From: an uncultured delta proteobacterium
GTDB lineage: Bacteria > Myxococcota_A > Polyangia > Polyangiales > Polyangiaceae
Length of the DNA: 64,000 nt
NCBI GenBank assembly: GCA_963696385.1
Contig: CAVOKF010000005.1
Coordinates: forward strand, 64,001-128,000
Direction: 5' to 3'
The notes beneath the pieces were generated by a model. That model worked only from the letters and a program-made list of their open reading frames with translations. It was not told the origin of the DNA and ran no database searches. Position numbers and translations under genes: made by a program. Shown in pieces: positions 31,939 through 41,439 of this stretch. How positions within the stretch are numbered: the first letter of the stretch is position 1; every line of letters starts with the position of its first letter.

Positions 31939-32580
31939 CTAGGTCCAATGGCCGGCGCGGAGCGCCGCTGCGTCGATGATTTTAACCTTGGGCCCCAGCG
32001 CCTCTCGAAACGCATCCTCGTCTTCGTCATCCATGATGGCATCTCCGAAGCCTGCGGCGATTTCCATAGCCGTTGACAAAATCCGCAAAAACTGGGCGAA
32101 GCTCGATGCGGCCAACGTCGGCGCCCACCGATCCTGGCCGCTCATGGCCGTATAGACGGGACAGTCGCCCTCCGGATCCGGCTTGCTCACGTCGAGAAAG
32201 TACGGGTCTCCAAGCAGCGAACTCTCGCCGATGACGACCCAGGCGGGCTTCCAGTCCGCTGGAGGCGCACCATTTTCGCCCGGTGTCTGTACGAGCCCCT
32301 GAGCCTTGACGAGCTCGGCGGCCGGAATCAGCCGGATTCTCTCGACCGGCGTAACAGTTTCGACTTTCTCTGGATTTGCCTCTAGCAGAAAATTCCTATA
32401 TCGAGGGGGGATCCGGAGGTGCTTGCGAAGGTCATCGACGAGAGCCGGCGATGCCTTGCCAAGTGTGCAAGGCAACCTGCGCTTCACCAGAACCGCCCTT
32501 AGGGCCTCCACCGCCTCCGCGAGATCACTGTCCAACGTAGTAGCCTCGCTCAAAAGGTCGGCGCGCCCGGCGCCCGGCAC
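31939..32580 (-). CDS. SMI1/KNR4 (SUKH) family protein
   Basis: L...IPPRYRNFLLEAN, WVVIGE...GDPYFLD, CPVY, LAASSFAQFL; true start may be near 32535. Confidence 0.72.
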   Translation of the reverse strand: MPGAGRADLLSEATTLDSDLAEAVEALRAVLVKRRLPCTLGKASPALVDDLRKHLRIPPRYRNFLLEANPEKVETVTPVERIRLIPAAELVKAQGLVQTPGENGAPPADWKPAWVVIGESSLLGDPYFLDVSKPDPEGDCPVYTAMSGQDRWAPTLAASSFAQFLRILSTAMEIAAGFGDAIMDDEDEDAFREALGPKVKIIDAAALRAGHWT

Positions 32581-32724
32581 GCAAAAGCGTCAAAAACTTC
32601 AGGCGAGGTTGCCCGCGCCTTTGGGGTGGGTCCTGCAACGGAACAGCAGGACGCACGATAGCACCCTTGTTCTCGAATTCGAACGTGTTTCGCGCGTGCC
32701 AGCGTTCCGCTCGGCTCAGCGCAT

Positions 32725-33726
32725 CTATTGGCCGGTCGTCTGCCGCTTCTTCAAGGACGTCTGCGCGGGAGCGTCCGGCCCCGAGCTCGGGTCGACGGTT
32801 CCAGTAGCGTCGCCCGCCACGATGAGACAACGCACGCGAATGTCGGCCGAGGCCGCGTTGGTCTCACCGCCAAGACCGCGCAAAAGCTCGATGAGCGTGT
32901 CCACGGCCGCGCGGACCAAATGCTCGGCAGCGGGCGCGAGTGGCTCGTGGCCGCCTCGGGCGCGGACGTCTGCACGCACACGAGTCACGTCTTGGTTGGG
33001 TACGGAGAGGGCGATCGCAATCTCGAGTGGAACGGGTGTGCCTGGGCGCGCACCGAAGATGCGGGGGTCTTGCTCGAGCGGCCGGCAAAGCTCGGGGGAG
33101 CCGAACCCACCGTCGATGCCGAGGGCGAGCGAAACCCAAGCCCCGACGTCGAGAGTCCGCCGAGCCAGGACTGGCCGGCACGCGCTTTCCTCGGGGAGCG
33201 TCCCGGGCGGACATCGCGGTCCGCGGACGCAGGAGTCAGCGACTCGATTCGTACCACGGGGGCACGTAGCTCGGCGCAGCACGCAAGACTCTTGTCCTCC
33301 CGCCAGCACCGGAATCGCGTCTATGCCGCAAGCGAGCGGGCCCCCAATAATGCGCCGGTGGACCGCCAGGCATGATCCCGTCGTCAGATCGAGCGCTTCG
33401 CTATTCGAGCACACTCGGAACTCACACCCCGCCCCCCCGATTCGCCCCGCCGGGCCGCAGAACGAGTCCCCGACGGCTGGGTCGACGCAAGCGCCTAGGA
33501 CGGCGACCGTGCCTTCCCTGCATGCGCAGCGGCCTGAGTGTTCCCGCGCAGCGTCGCGCGGGCATGTGGCAAATTCTGGGCGGTCGACATCGAAGGTCGG
33601 TGCTGCGGGTTGCCGCCGCGACGAATCACTTGACTGAAGGCAGCCTACCACCACGGCGGCGACCGTCCCAAAACCGATCGCAACGGCGCGGCCGTCGCGC
33701 CGAGCGGCAATCGAGCGGCGGCGCAT
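32725..33726 (-). CDS. Cys-rich putative lipoprotein
   Basis: Basic N-terminus, hydrophobic stretch and VVGC lipobox-like site; many Cys-Pro-x-Gly-Thr units. Confidence 0.6.
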   Translation of the reverse strand: MRRRSIAARRDGRAVAIGFGTVAAVVVGCLQSSDSSRRQPAAPTFDVDRPEFATCPRDAAREHSGRCACREGTVAVLGACVDPAVGDSFCGPAGRIGGAGCEFRVCSNSEALDLTTGSCLAVHRRIIGGPLACGIDAIPVLAGGQESCVLRRATCPRGTNRVADSCVRGPRCPPGTLPEESACRPVLARRTLDVGAWVSLALGIDGGFGSPELCRPLEQDPRIFGARPGTPVPLEIAIALSVPNQDVTRVRADVRARGGHEPLAPAAEHLVRAAVDTLIELLRGLGGETNAASADIRVRCLIVAGDATGTVDPSSGPDAPAQTSLKKRQTTGQ

Positions 33727-33754
33727 TTGGCGTGATGCTACAGAACCCCTCGGG

Positions 33755-35029
33755 ATGCTCGCGACGTTCATCGACGGCACACGCGAATTCGATGCGGCGC
33801 TCGTCCGGCTCGAGTCACGCGGCGAGGCCGATTTTGCGCGGGTCGAACCAGTTGTCCGCGAAATTCTCCAAGCGGTCCGAAACGAAGGCGACGCGGCGGT
33901 GCAAAGGTACAATGAGCGATTTGGCCGGCATGCTGCGCGACTGGTCATGCGTGACTTTCCCGGCGCGGCATCGCTCGCTCGTTTGCCGATGGAAGCCCGC
34001 GAAGCACTCGAGCTTGCCGCGGCGCGTATACGCTCGTTCCACGAGCACGGGCGGGACACGGGGTTTCGTTATGAGCATGACGGGATCACGCTGGGCCTGC
34101 GGGTGTTGCCCCTCACTCGGGTCGGGGTCTACGCTCCGGGGGGCAAGGCGCGCTATCCATCGAGTGTCCTCATGGCGGCGATCCCGGCGCACGTGGCGGG
34201 CGTCGCAGAGATCATGGTGGCTACGCCCCTTGCGGGTGACCCGACCGACGACGCAATTTTTGCTGCGGCCCACCTTTCGGGCGCGTCCGCCATCGTTGAC
34301 GCAGGGGGCGCTCAGGCTATCGGTGCGCTCGCATACGGCACCGAGAGCATTCCGCGAGTCGACAAGATCGTCGGCCCCGGCAATTTGTATGTAGCTTGCG
34401 CCAAGCGTCTCGTTTTTGGAGCGGTCGACATCGATGGAGTCGCGGGCCCTAGTGAGATTCTGGTCATCGCCGACGACGAGGCGGACCCGCGCATTGTCGC
34501 TGCCGACTTGCTGTCCCAGGCCGAGCACGACGAAGCCGCATATCCGCTGCTGCTCTGCGGGTCGGATCTCATGGCGGAGGCGGTCTGTCGCGAGCTCGAG
34601 GAACAGCTCGAGGCGTTGCCGCGAGCTGCAATCGCGCGAGCGGCGGTGGCAAACGGCGCGGCGTTCGTAGTTCGATCGAGAGATCGAATGGCTGCCGTGG
34701 CAGACCGATTGGCTGTCGAGCACCTGGCACTTCACCTAGCGGCTCCGGACGCTATTCTCGCGCGGGTCCGGCACGCGGGCGCGGCATTTCTTGGTCCGTC
34801 CACACCCGAGGCGGTTGGCGACTATCTGGCCGGCCCCTCTCATGTATTGCCGACGGGTGGCGCGGTCCGATTCGGTTCGCCGCTGGGCGTCTACGACTTT
34901 GTCATGCGTACGTCGATCATCCGTTACACGCCGGAGGCGCTCGAACGGCACGCAGGCGCCGTTTGTGCCCTGGCTCGGCTCGAGGGGCTAGAAGCACATG
35001 CGCGGGCCGTAGAGGCGAGACGGCGATGA
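33755..35029 (+). CDS. hisD: Histidinol dehydrogenase
   Basis: VGVYAPGG, YPSSVLM, GGAQAI, VDKIVGPGN, AGPSE, LSQAEHD, EHL, GDYLAGPSHVLPT, LEGLEAHA. Confidence 0.97.
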   Translation: MLATFIDGTREFDAALVRLESRGEADFARVEPVVREILQAVRNEGDAAVQRYNERFGRHAARLVMRDFPGAASLARLPMEAREALELAAARIRSFHEHGRDTGFRYEHDGITLGLRVLPLTRVGVYAPGGKARYPSSVLMAAIPAHVAGVAEIMVATPLAGDPTDDAIFAAAHLSGASAIVDAGGAQAIGALAYGTESIPRVDKIVGPGNLYVACAKRLVFGAVDIDGVAGPSEILVIADDEADPRIVAADLLSQAEHDEAAYPLLLCGSDLMAEAVCRELEEQLEALPRAAIARAAVANGAAFVVRSRDRMAAVADRLAVEHLALHLAAPDAILARVRHAGAAFLGPSTPEAVGDYLAGPSHVLPTGGAVRFGSPLGVYDFVMRTSIIRYTPEALERHAGAVCALARLEGLEAHARAVEARRR

Positions 35030-35927
35030 CGGGCCGAAGCGCTGTCTCCTTGAGCTTGAGCTGACCCGATTGGGTCGAGACGAAGCCACCGGGCGTGGAC
35101 GCGCAGCAGGTGGGGCAAAGGTCCCCGAGGGACTCGAGCTCTAACTCGATTCGACCCGCGACGGCGACTGTGAGCCACCGCATGAGGTTCGGAGTGATGC
35201 GTGCCGTTGCGGAGGCGATTCGCACGAACGGGGTCGTCTCGACGACGGCGTCCCCACGAGAAGCGGCCCGAATCGTCTGTTCGGCAACCTGGTCGGGTGT
35301 CTGAGCGCGGCTACCGGGCGGTCGAACGCCGGATCGGCCATCCGTCGTAATGGCGTTGTCGCGGAACCGGGTGTCGACCGGTCCGGGGCGTATGACCACG
35401 ACGCGCACTCCGGTGCCGACGAGCTCTGCTCGGAGCGACATGGACAGGGCTTCGAGCGCGAACTTGCTCGAGGCGTACGCGCCCATGCGGGGCGCGGCGA
35501 CGACTCCCGCGAGCGAGGACAACATGACGATGCAACCACCCGTGCGGGTGAGTGGGTCGACCGCGAGCTGCGCGAGCCGTAAGGGAGCGATCACATTGAG
35601 TGCGAAGAGCGCCTCGAGCTCGCTGACGTTGATCTTCGCGACGCTGCCGTAATAGCCGCGCCCGGCGTTGTTCACGAGAACGTCCAGTCGGCCGGTCTTC
35701 GTCCGCGCGGCGGCCATAAGCGCAACGCGGTCCTCCTCGCGCGTGACGTCGCCGGGTTGCACGATCGCCTTGCCGGCGTGGTCTCGGTCGATTTCGTCGG
35801 CCACGCGTGTGAGGCGCGCCTGATGGCGAGCACTCAGGATGACGGTCGCGCCGCGCCGAGCCCAAGCGCGCGCCAGCGCCTCCCCGATTCCGCTGGACGC
35901 GCCCGTGATGACGACGGTTTGGGTCAT
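34917..35927 (-). CDS. SDR family oxidoreductase (C-terminal tail doubtful)
   Basis: TGASSGIG, NNAG, S..YASSK. Confidence 0.9.
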   Translation of the reverse strand: MTQTVVITGASSGIGEALARAWARRGATVILSARHQARLTRVADEIDRDHAGKAIVQPGDVTREEDRVALMAAARTKTGRLDVLVNNAGRGYYGSVAKINVSELEALFALNVIAPLRLAQLAVDPLTRTGGCIVMLSSLAGVVAAPRMGAYASSKFALEALSMSLRAELVGTGVRVVVIRPGPVDTRFRDNAITTDGRSGVRPPGSRAQTPDQVAEQTIRAASRGDAVVETTPFVRIASATARITPNLMRWLTVAVAGRIELELESLGDLCPTCCASTPGGFVSTQSGQLKLKETALRPVIAVSPLRPAHVLLAPRAEPGHKRRLRAVRAPPACNG

Positions 35928-35942
35928 GCGTCCTTTATTCGA

Positions 35943-36938
35943 TCAATCGGCGCGCAGGTACGACGCCTTGATGAGCTTCAAAACGATCTCAGCGGTCTCG
36001 AGGTCGGTCGCCAGACTCTTGTTGAGCACCGTCTCGAAGGCCCCGTAGTTGTGGGCGAGTTGGAGTACGTCGAGCTCTTGTGGCTTCAAATCGCGGAGCG
36101 GCGGGATCAGCGGGGCCGGCACCGAAATGCGCGCCGACAAGCCGGGAAGCTCGTCGCGAATCCGGTTGAACTCGTCGAGCTGGCGCATTCCCTCCATGAG
36201 GATTTGCTGGACGGAGGCGCTCATTTCGCTCGCAAACTCACGCTCTTCAGGAGGGTCGAGATCGAAGAGTCCCTTTTGCCACGTGAGCATTCGATACAGA
36301 CTTTTCATCGGCTGCACATCATCGAGATCGTTGATGATGGCGTACGCCACGACGCCCTTCTTCAAGTAGATGCGTCCGACGTCATCGTCGGTGCGAATCA
36401 CCAGGACCCCGCTTTTTTTCGATGTTCCGAAGAGCTGCAACAGGTCGGGTAGCGGTACTTCTTCGATGCTACCGCTCATCGTGCGCTGCTGTCCGGTGCG
36501 TCTCGCCTGGGCGACGTTCTCGAGTTCGCGCTTTGCGTCGATGCCCTCGCGAGAGGCGTCGCCCGAGATGACCTTAAGAATGCTCGTCCCAATGAGGACG
36601 CGGTCGCCTTCCTTCAAACGAGTTCGTTTGATCTTCTCACCGTTGACGAAGGTGCCGTTCGTGGAGCCCAGATCCTCGATCCATATCTGGTCCGCTGCGA
36701 CGGATACGCGCGCGTGCTTGCGCGAGACCATGTCCTCGACGAGCACCATCTCGAGGTCGCTGGAACGACCGACGAGGATCTGCTTGTCCGCGACGAGAGG
36801 GAACTCGCCCCCCTGGTATTTGCCGCTGATGAATCGCAACACGTACGAACGCGCACCCGGCCGCGGCGCGGGCGACGTAGCCGGTGCCTTGGGTGACGAG
36901 TCTTGCATCTCGGGTGCGGCGGGAACGTCTGGGGCCAT
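35943..36938 (-). CDS. FHA domain + DUF4388 protein
   Basis: GRSS..VSRKHA..DLGSTNGTFVNG (FHA); SGSIEEVPLPDLLQ..KKSGVL (DUF4388). Confidence 0.88.
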   Translation of the reverse strand: MAPDVPAAPEMQDSSPKAPATSPAPRPGARSYVLRFISGKYQGGEFPLVADKQILVGRSSDLEMVLVEDMVSRKHARVSVAADQIWIEDLGSTNGTFVNGEKIKRTRLKEGDRVLIGTSILKVISGDASREGIDAKRELENVAQARRTGQQRTMSGSIEEVPLPDLLQLFGTSKKSGVLVIRTDDDVGRIYLKKGVVAYAIINDLDDVQPMKSLYRMLTWQKGLFDLDPPEEREFASEMSASVQQILMEGMRQLDEFNRIRDELPGLSARISVPAPLIPPLRDLKPQELDVLQLAHNYGAFETVLNKSLATDLETAEIVLKLIKASYLRAD

Positions 36939-37204
36939 ACCGTCGTACGTGACAGGCGTAAGAGTGTGGGAGCGGCCGTTGCCGGCGCCAAAACGCCAGC
37001 AAAAAAAGGGTAATGGGTGCGAAGCTACGCGGTCAAGTCTGCCGCCCCCGGAGCGCAAGCGTGCCGAGGTCGCTCGCTTGTCCGCAACCTGAAACCACCA
37101 TAACGGAATGCGCTGCGCCTTGGCCCTCCGACATCCAGCATAGTATTGCATATTGTTGCGCTGCAGCGGCAGCGGCGTAGACTGGGTGGCTCCGCCGCGA
37201 TGTC

Positions 37205-38299
37205 ATGAGCCTCAAAAAGTCGAGGCCGATTCTTGCCGCGGGCGACGCCTATGGCACACATAGGGTCCTCGCTCCGCCCGGGGCCCTGCCTCAGTCGGCG
37301 GAACGTCTCGACAATGACTTTTCTCGGCTCTTCTGGGGCGAAGCGCTCCTTGAGGTGGAAACCATCAATCTGGATGCGGCAAGTTTCTCGCAGATTGAGA
37401 AGGTGGCGTGCACCGAGGTCGGGCGCGCCGCCGGGCCCAATGAGGTCGAGCAGGCCATCGCCCGAATCGTCGCAGGGACCGTGGCGGAACGCGGGAAGCA
37501 GCACAACAGGGTCACGGGGTCGGGGGGTATGCTGGTGGGGCGAGTCCTTCAGCTATCCCTCGGTCGAGCCGACGAGCTCTTGCTCGTGGGCGATCGAGTC
37601 GCGACGCTCGTCTCGCTTACATGCACTCCGCTCCGGATCGACCGGGTGTTGGCCGTCCGCCGTGGGAGCGCACAAATCGACGTTGAAGGCGAGGCGGTTC
37701 TCCTTGCCAGCGGCCCGTACGCGCGGCTACCGGACGACTTACCTCAGCGGCTCGTCCTGGCGGTGCTCGATGTGGCTGGCGCCGCCCCCCAGGTCGCGCG
37801 GCGCGTCCGGCCGGGCCACGTCGTCGTCATCTTGGGCGCCGCCGGAAAAAGCGGGGTTTTATGTGCCGCCGAGGCGCGGCGCACGGGGGGTGCCTCGGCA
37901 TTCGTCGTGGGCTTGGAATCACGGCCGGCGGCCGCTGCCGAGCTCGGGTCTCTTGGCATTTGTGACAGGGTGTTGGTCGTTGACGCTCGCGATTGCGTGG
38001 CCGTCCGGCGCGCCGTCCTCGAGGCGACCGGAGGGCGAGAGGCGGACCTCGCGTTTTCGTGCGTCAACGTTACCGACGCGGAAATGACCGCCATTGCAGT
38101 TACGCGCGATCGGGGAGCAGTGTACTTCTTCGCAATGTCGACGAGCTTTACCCAGGCGGCGCTTGGAGCCGAAGGAGTTGGTAAAGACATCGATCTTTTC
38201 ATCGGTAACGGTTACGCACACGGGCACGCGGAACACACCCTGGCGCTCGTTCGCGATACGCCGCTCGTGCGAGCGCTCTTCGAGCGCCGGTACGCCTAA
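37205..38299 (+). CDS. kdd: L-erythro-3,5-diaminohexanoate dehydrogenase
   Basis: YGTHRV..P.GALPQ, LDAASF, QHN.VTGSGGML.G, ATLVSL, LDVAGA, GAAGKSG, FF.M.TSF..AALGAEG, IGNGY. Confidence 0.88.
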   Translation: MSLKKSRPILAAGDAYGTHRVLAPPGALPQSAERLDNDFSRLFWGEALLEVETINLDAASFSQIEKVACTEVGRAAGPNEVEQAIARIVAGTVAERGKQHNRVTGSGGMLVGRVLQLSLGRADELLLVGDRVATLVSLTCTPLRIDRVLAVRRGSAQIDVEGEAVLLASGPYARLPDDLPQRLVLAVLDVAGAAPQVARRVRPGHVVVILGAAGKSGVLCAAEARRTGGASAFVVGLESRPAAAAELGSLGICDRVLVVDARDCVAVRRAVLEATGGREADLAFSCVNVTDAEMTAIAVTRDRGAVYFFAMSTSFTQAALGAEGVGKDIDLFIGNGYAHGHAEHTLALVRDTPLVRALFERRYA

Positions 38300-38403
38300 G
38301 GGGAACGCGTGTTGGCGCCGTCATCGGCGACGCTTCGATGAAGCTGACGCAATCGTCGAAGCCTGCCGCGGAGGTCACTGCACGCCGCGACCCTGCCTCG
38401 CGC

Positions 38404-40539
38404 CTAATCCGTAATGCCCACCACCGGGAGTCGGTCGGAGGCGCTGCGAGCGGGCTCCGGGACCGGCGTTGCAATCGAGGCCCCCGCCGACGGCAGCAGG
38501 ATCGTAAAGGTCGTTCCTTCGCCTGGTTGAGAGTACACTTCGATACTGCCGCCCGCATTCTGAACGATGCTCTGGCTGATCGCGAGGCCCAGTCCCGTGC
38601 CCCGCGACTTCGTTGTGAAGAAAGGGATGAAAAGGTTGCGGAGGACTTTCGGCGAGATGCCCGGGCCGGTATCGCGCACGCTTGCTTCGACGAACTCGGT
38701 GTCGTCGACCAGCGATCGACGTGACGGCGAATCGGAGTTGACGCGCGCTCTTGCCGAACGGCGAACGGCCGTGGAAACCGTGATTTTTCCTCGTCCGTCC
38801 ATCGCTTGAATGGCGTTCTGCATCAGGTTCATCAAGACCTGTCGAAACTTTTCCGGATCCATACTGGTGCGGGGCAGGGGCTCGGCCAAATCCAAATGCA
38901 CGTCGATCGCGCCGTCCACAATCTGGCTCGAAACGATCTGAACCGTTCGGCGCACTGCGGCGTTGAGGTCCAACGGGATTGGATTGCCGGCGTGCGGTCG
39001 CGCGTAGTCGAGGAAGCTGCCAACGACGCGGTCGAGTCGGTTGACCTCCTCGAGGATGATCCCGACGAACTCGCGCGCCGCGGGATCGTCCTGCGAGCAG
39101 CCGCCCTCTTCGAGCAGCTGTGCCGCTCCTTTGATTGCGCCGAGAGGGTTCTTCACTTCGTGCGCGAGACCCGCAGCCATCGACCCGAGTGCCGCGAGGC
39201 GGTCTCGCTCCTTCATGCGGGAGTACAGCCGCGTGTTCACGATGACGACGCCGATTTGAGCAGCCACCGTCTCGAGAAGCGAGATCTCTTCGGGCGTGAA
39301 GGCGTCCCGTACTCGATCGTCGACTACGAATAGGAGCGCTACGATGCCCTCTGCCTCCCCGCGAACGACGAGCGCGACGGCACTTTGGAGCGCGCCGAGC
39401 GCGGACGCGGCCGTCTTGACCGCTGTGTCCGCGCTGCCCGCTTCGCGTGCGCTGTCTTCGAGCGCCAACGACGGGTGTCGCTCGAGCCGATCGAGCAGCG
39501 GTCGGGCACCCAGAGCTTCGATTCGCTTGGGTACTGCGGCACCAAACGACCCGGCCAGATCGAACCCGTCGCCGTCTTGATCGCGAAGGTAAAGCGCTGC
39601 GGTCGTCACCCGGTGCGACCGGTCTAAGCCCTGCATCAGCGTAGCAACCATCTCGTCAATTTCGAGCACGTGCGCCAGGCGTTTGCGGAGCTCGTCCACG
39701 CTCGTCTCTAGTGTGTAGCGCTCGCGAAAAAGAAACTGATGAATGCGCGTCTCGACTTCGGTTTGCAGGGGCTCGAATAAGACGAGGAATACGATGGCCG
39801 CGAGCACCGCGTTTAGGTACATGGTGTCGAATCCGCCGATAACCATCACGAAGAGGTAGAAGATCGCGGCGAGACAGAAGGCGAGCGCCGTCGATACGAG
39901 CAGTCGCCCGGCGAGCTCGTAGATGTCGGCGAGGCGAGCCCGAGTGACCGATTCGGCGAGGACGAAGACGAAGACGATCGCCAGGACTGCGCCGATCGGC
40001 GGCAGATGTACGCCCAGATAGGATAGAAAGTCTGCGAGCGAAAAGGTCGTCGCCGCGGCGCCCACGACGACCAAGAAACGGACCCGGTCTCGAACGGCGC
40101 GTGACGGGCTTCGCTGGCCGCGCCGAGCTAGCGCGATGAGCGCCGCGGCGAGGAGCCCGAAGACGTAGGTGTAGACGGCGCCGAGCGACAGTGGCCGGTC
40201 GTGATACGGGGAGACGGACAGCGCGAGCACCGGAACGGCGACGATCGTGGCAAAGCGCGCGAGTCGCGGCCTCCGGCCCGCTTCGAGCGGAACGACGTTT
40301 TGAAACAAATGAATCGCGAACTGGGGCAACAGCACGGTCAGCACGCCGGTGACGCGCTCCCACAGATCGGCTCGAAAGAACCCGGCTAGCGATTGGCTGC
40401 CGTACCAGAGGGCAATGTCGGTCGCAAAGGCCGCGAACAGCCAATGGACGGCCCGACGCCCGCGCAAAAGCACGCTCAGGGCGATGGCGAGAGCCAGCAC
40501 TGCACAAAAGAGAATTGTTTTCGGGCGCAGGTCTTCCAC
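38404..40539 (-). CDS. Membrane-bound GAF sensor histidine kinase
   Basis: Multiple TM helices; LAHEVKNPL, NLMQNA, DTGPGI, FFTTK, GTGLGL. Confidence 0.92.
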   Translation of the reverse strand: MEDLRPKTILFCAVLALAIALSVLLRGRRAVHWLFAAFATDIALWYGSQSLAGFFRADLWERVTGVLTVLLPQFAIHLFQNVVPLEAGRRPRLARFATIVAVPVLALSVSPYHDRPLSLGAVYTYVFGLLAAALIALARRGQRSPSRAVRDRVRFLVVVGAAATTFSLADFLSYLGVHLPPIGAVLAIVFVFVLAESVTRARLADIYELAGRLLVSTALAFCLAAIFYLFVMVIGGFDTMYLNAVLAAIVFLVLFEPLQTEVETRIHQFLFRERYTLETSVDELRKRLAHVLEIDEMVATLMQGLDRSHRVTTAALYLRDQDGDGFDLAGSFGAAVPKRIEALGARPLLDRLERHPSLALEDSAREAGSADTAVKTAASALGALQSAVALVVRGEAEGIVALLFVVDDRVRDAFTPEEISLLETVAAQIGVVIVNTRLYSRMKERDRLAALGSMAAGLAHEVKNPLGAIKGAAQLLEEGGCSQDDPAAREFVGIILEEVNRLDRVVGSFLDYARPHAGNPIPLDLNAAVRRTVQIVSSQIVDGAIDVHLDLAEPLPRTSMDPEKFRQVLMNLMQNAIQAMDGRGKITVSTAVRRSARARVNSDSPSRRSLVDDTEFVEASVRDTGPGISPKVLRNLFIPFFTTKSRGTGLGLAISQSIVQNAGGSIEVYSQPGEGTTFTILLPSAGASIATPVPEPARSASDRLPVVGITD

Positions 40540-40680
40540 CCGCGCAGTGTCGCGCCACGTCGCCGTCGGCGCAAAGCGTGTGGCTTGTCGTAATCCGCTC
40601 AAGGAAATCCGCATCCTGGCAGGGCGGACCAGCGAGCTTCGTGCAATTCGCTTGGGAGGCCATGCGCTGTCTCCTTCGCC

Positions 40681-41238
40681 TCAGGTAGGCGCGCCGTACA
40701 ACCTTCGCGCGCGAATGTGTGCAACGACCGACCGCGGAACGATTCGCTCGAGTTCGTGCCAGGCGCCGCGAGCGACAGCCGTGCGAACGTGAGTGCTCGA
40801 CACGTCCGGGAGGATGACGAGGGGTGCCCTCGGCGTATCGAATCCGACGCGTCCCAGCACGATCAGCGGAGCGAGCTTCTCAATGGCATCGAACCGATAC
40901 CAACGTTGCGCTTCCGCTAGGATATCCGCGCCGACGACGAGCCGCAGTCGCCAATCGGGCCGCGTCTCCGCCAAGTGCTCGAGGGTGCGGAGCGTCAGGC
41001 TCTCTCCGTCGATGCTCTGCTCGACGCGAGAGACTTCGACGCGCGGCAAATCGATCATGGCGAGCTCGCACATGAACACTCGGTCCTCGAAGGGCGCGAG
41101 CGACTTCGCGAGCGGATGCCGATACGTCGGGACAAGGAGGATGCGCTCGACGTCTTCAACGCTTAGAAGCAGGGCACACGCAAGCACATGCGCAACGTGC
41201 GGCGGGTTGAAGCTACCTCCGAAGACGGCCACGTTCAC
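40681..41238 (-). CDS. nadD: Nicotinate-nucleotide adenylyltransferase
   Basis: FGGSFNPPHVAH, VGAD, VSSTHVR. Confidence 0.92.
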   Translation of the reverse strand: MNVAVFGGSFNPPHVAHVLACALLLSVEDVERILLVPTYRHPLAKSLAPFEDRVFMCELAMIDLPRVEVSRVEQSIDGESLTLRTLEHLAETRPDWRLRLVVGADILAEAQRWYRFDAIEKLAPLIVLGRVGFDTPRAPLVILPDVSSTHVRTAVARGAWHELERIVPRSVVAHIRARRLYGAPT

Positions 41239-41439
41239 GAGCGGTCGAGGGCAGCATAGAGCACGGACTGCCCTGCCGTTGACTATGATTTCCGCGAGTC
41301 TTGCGCGTGGGTCGCCCGCCTTGGGCTACGCGGTCGGGTAAACGGGCCACTCTTGCCACCGCCCAGCCTGCTCGACTCGACCGCCGGCACGGAGGTGCTT
41401 AGCTTGGACGCTGTGGAACGATCTTCCCAGCCGACCTTC

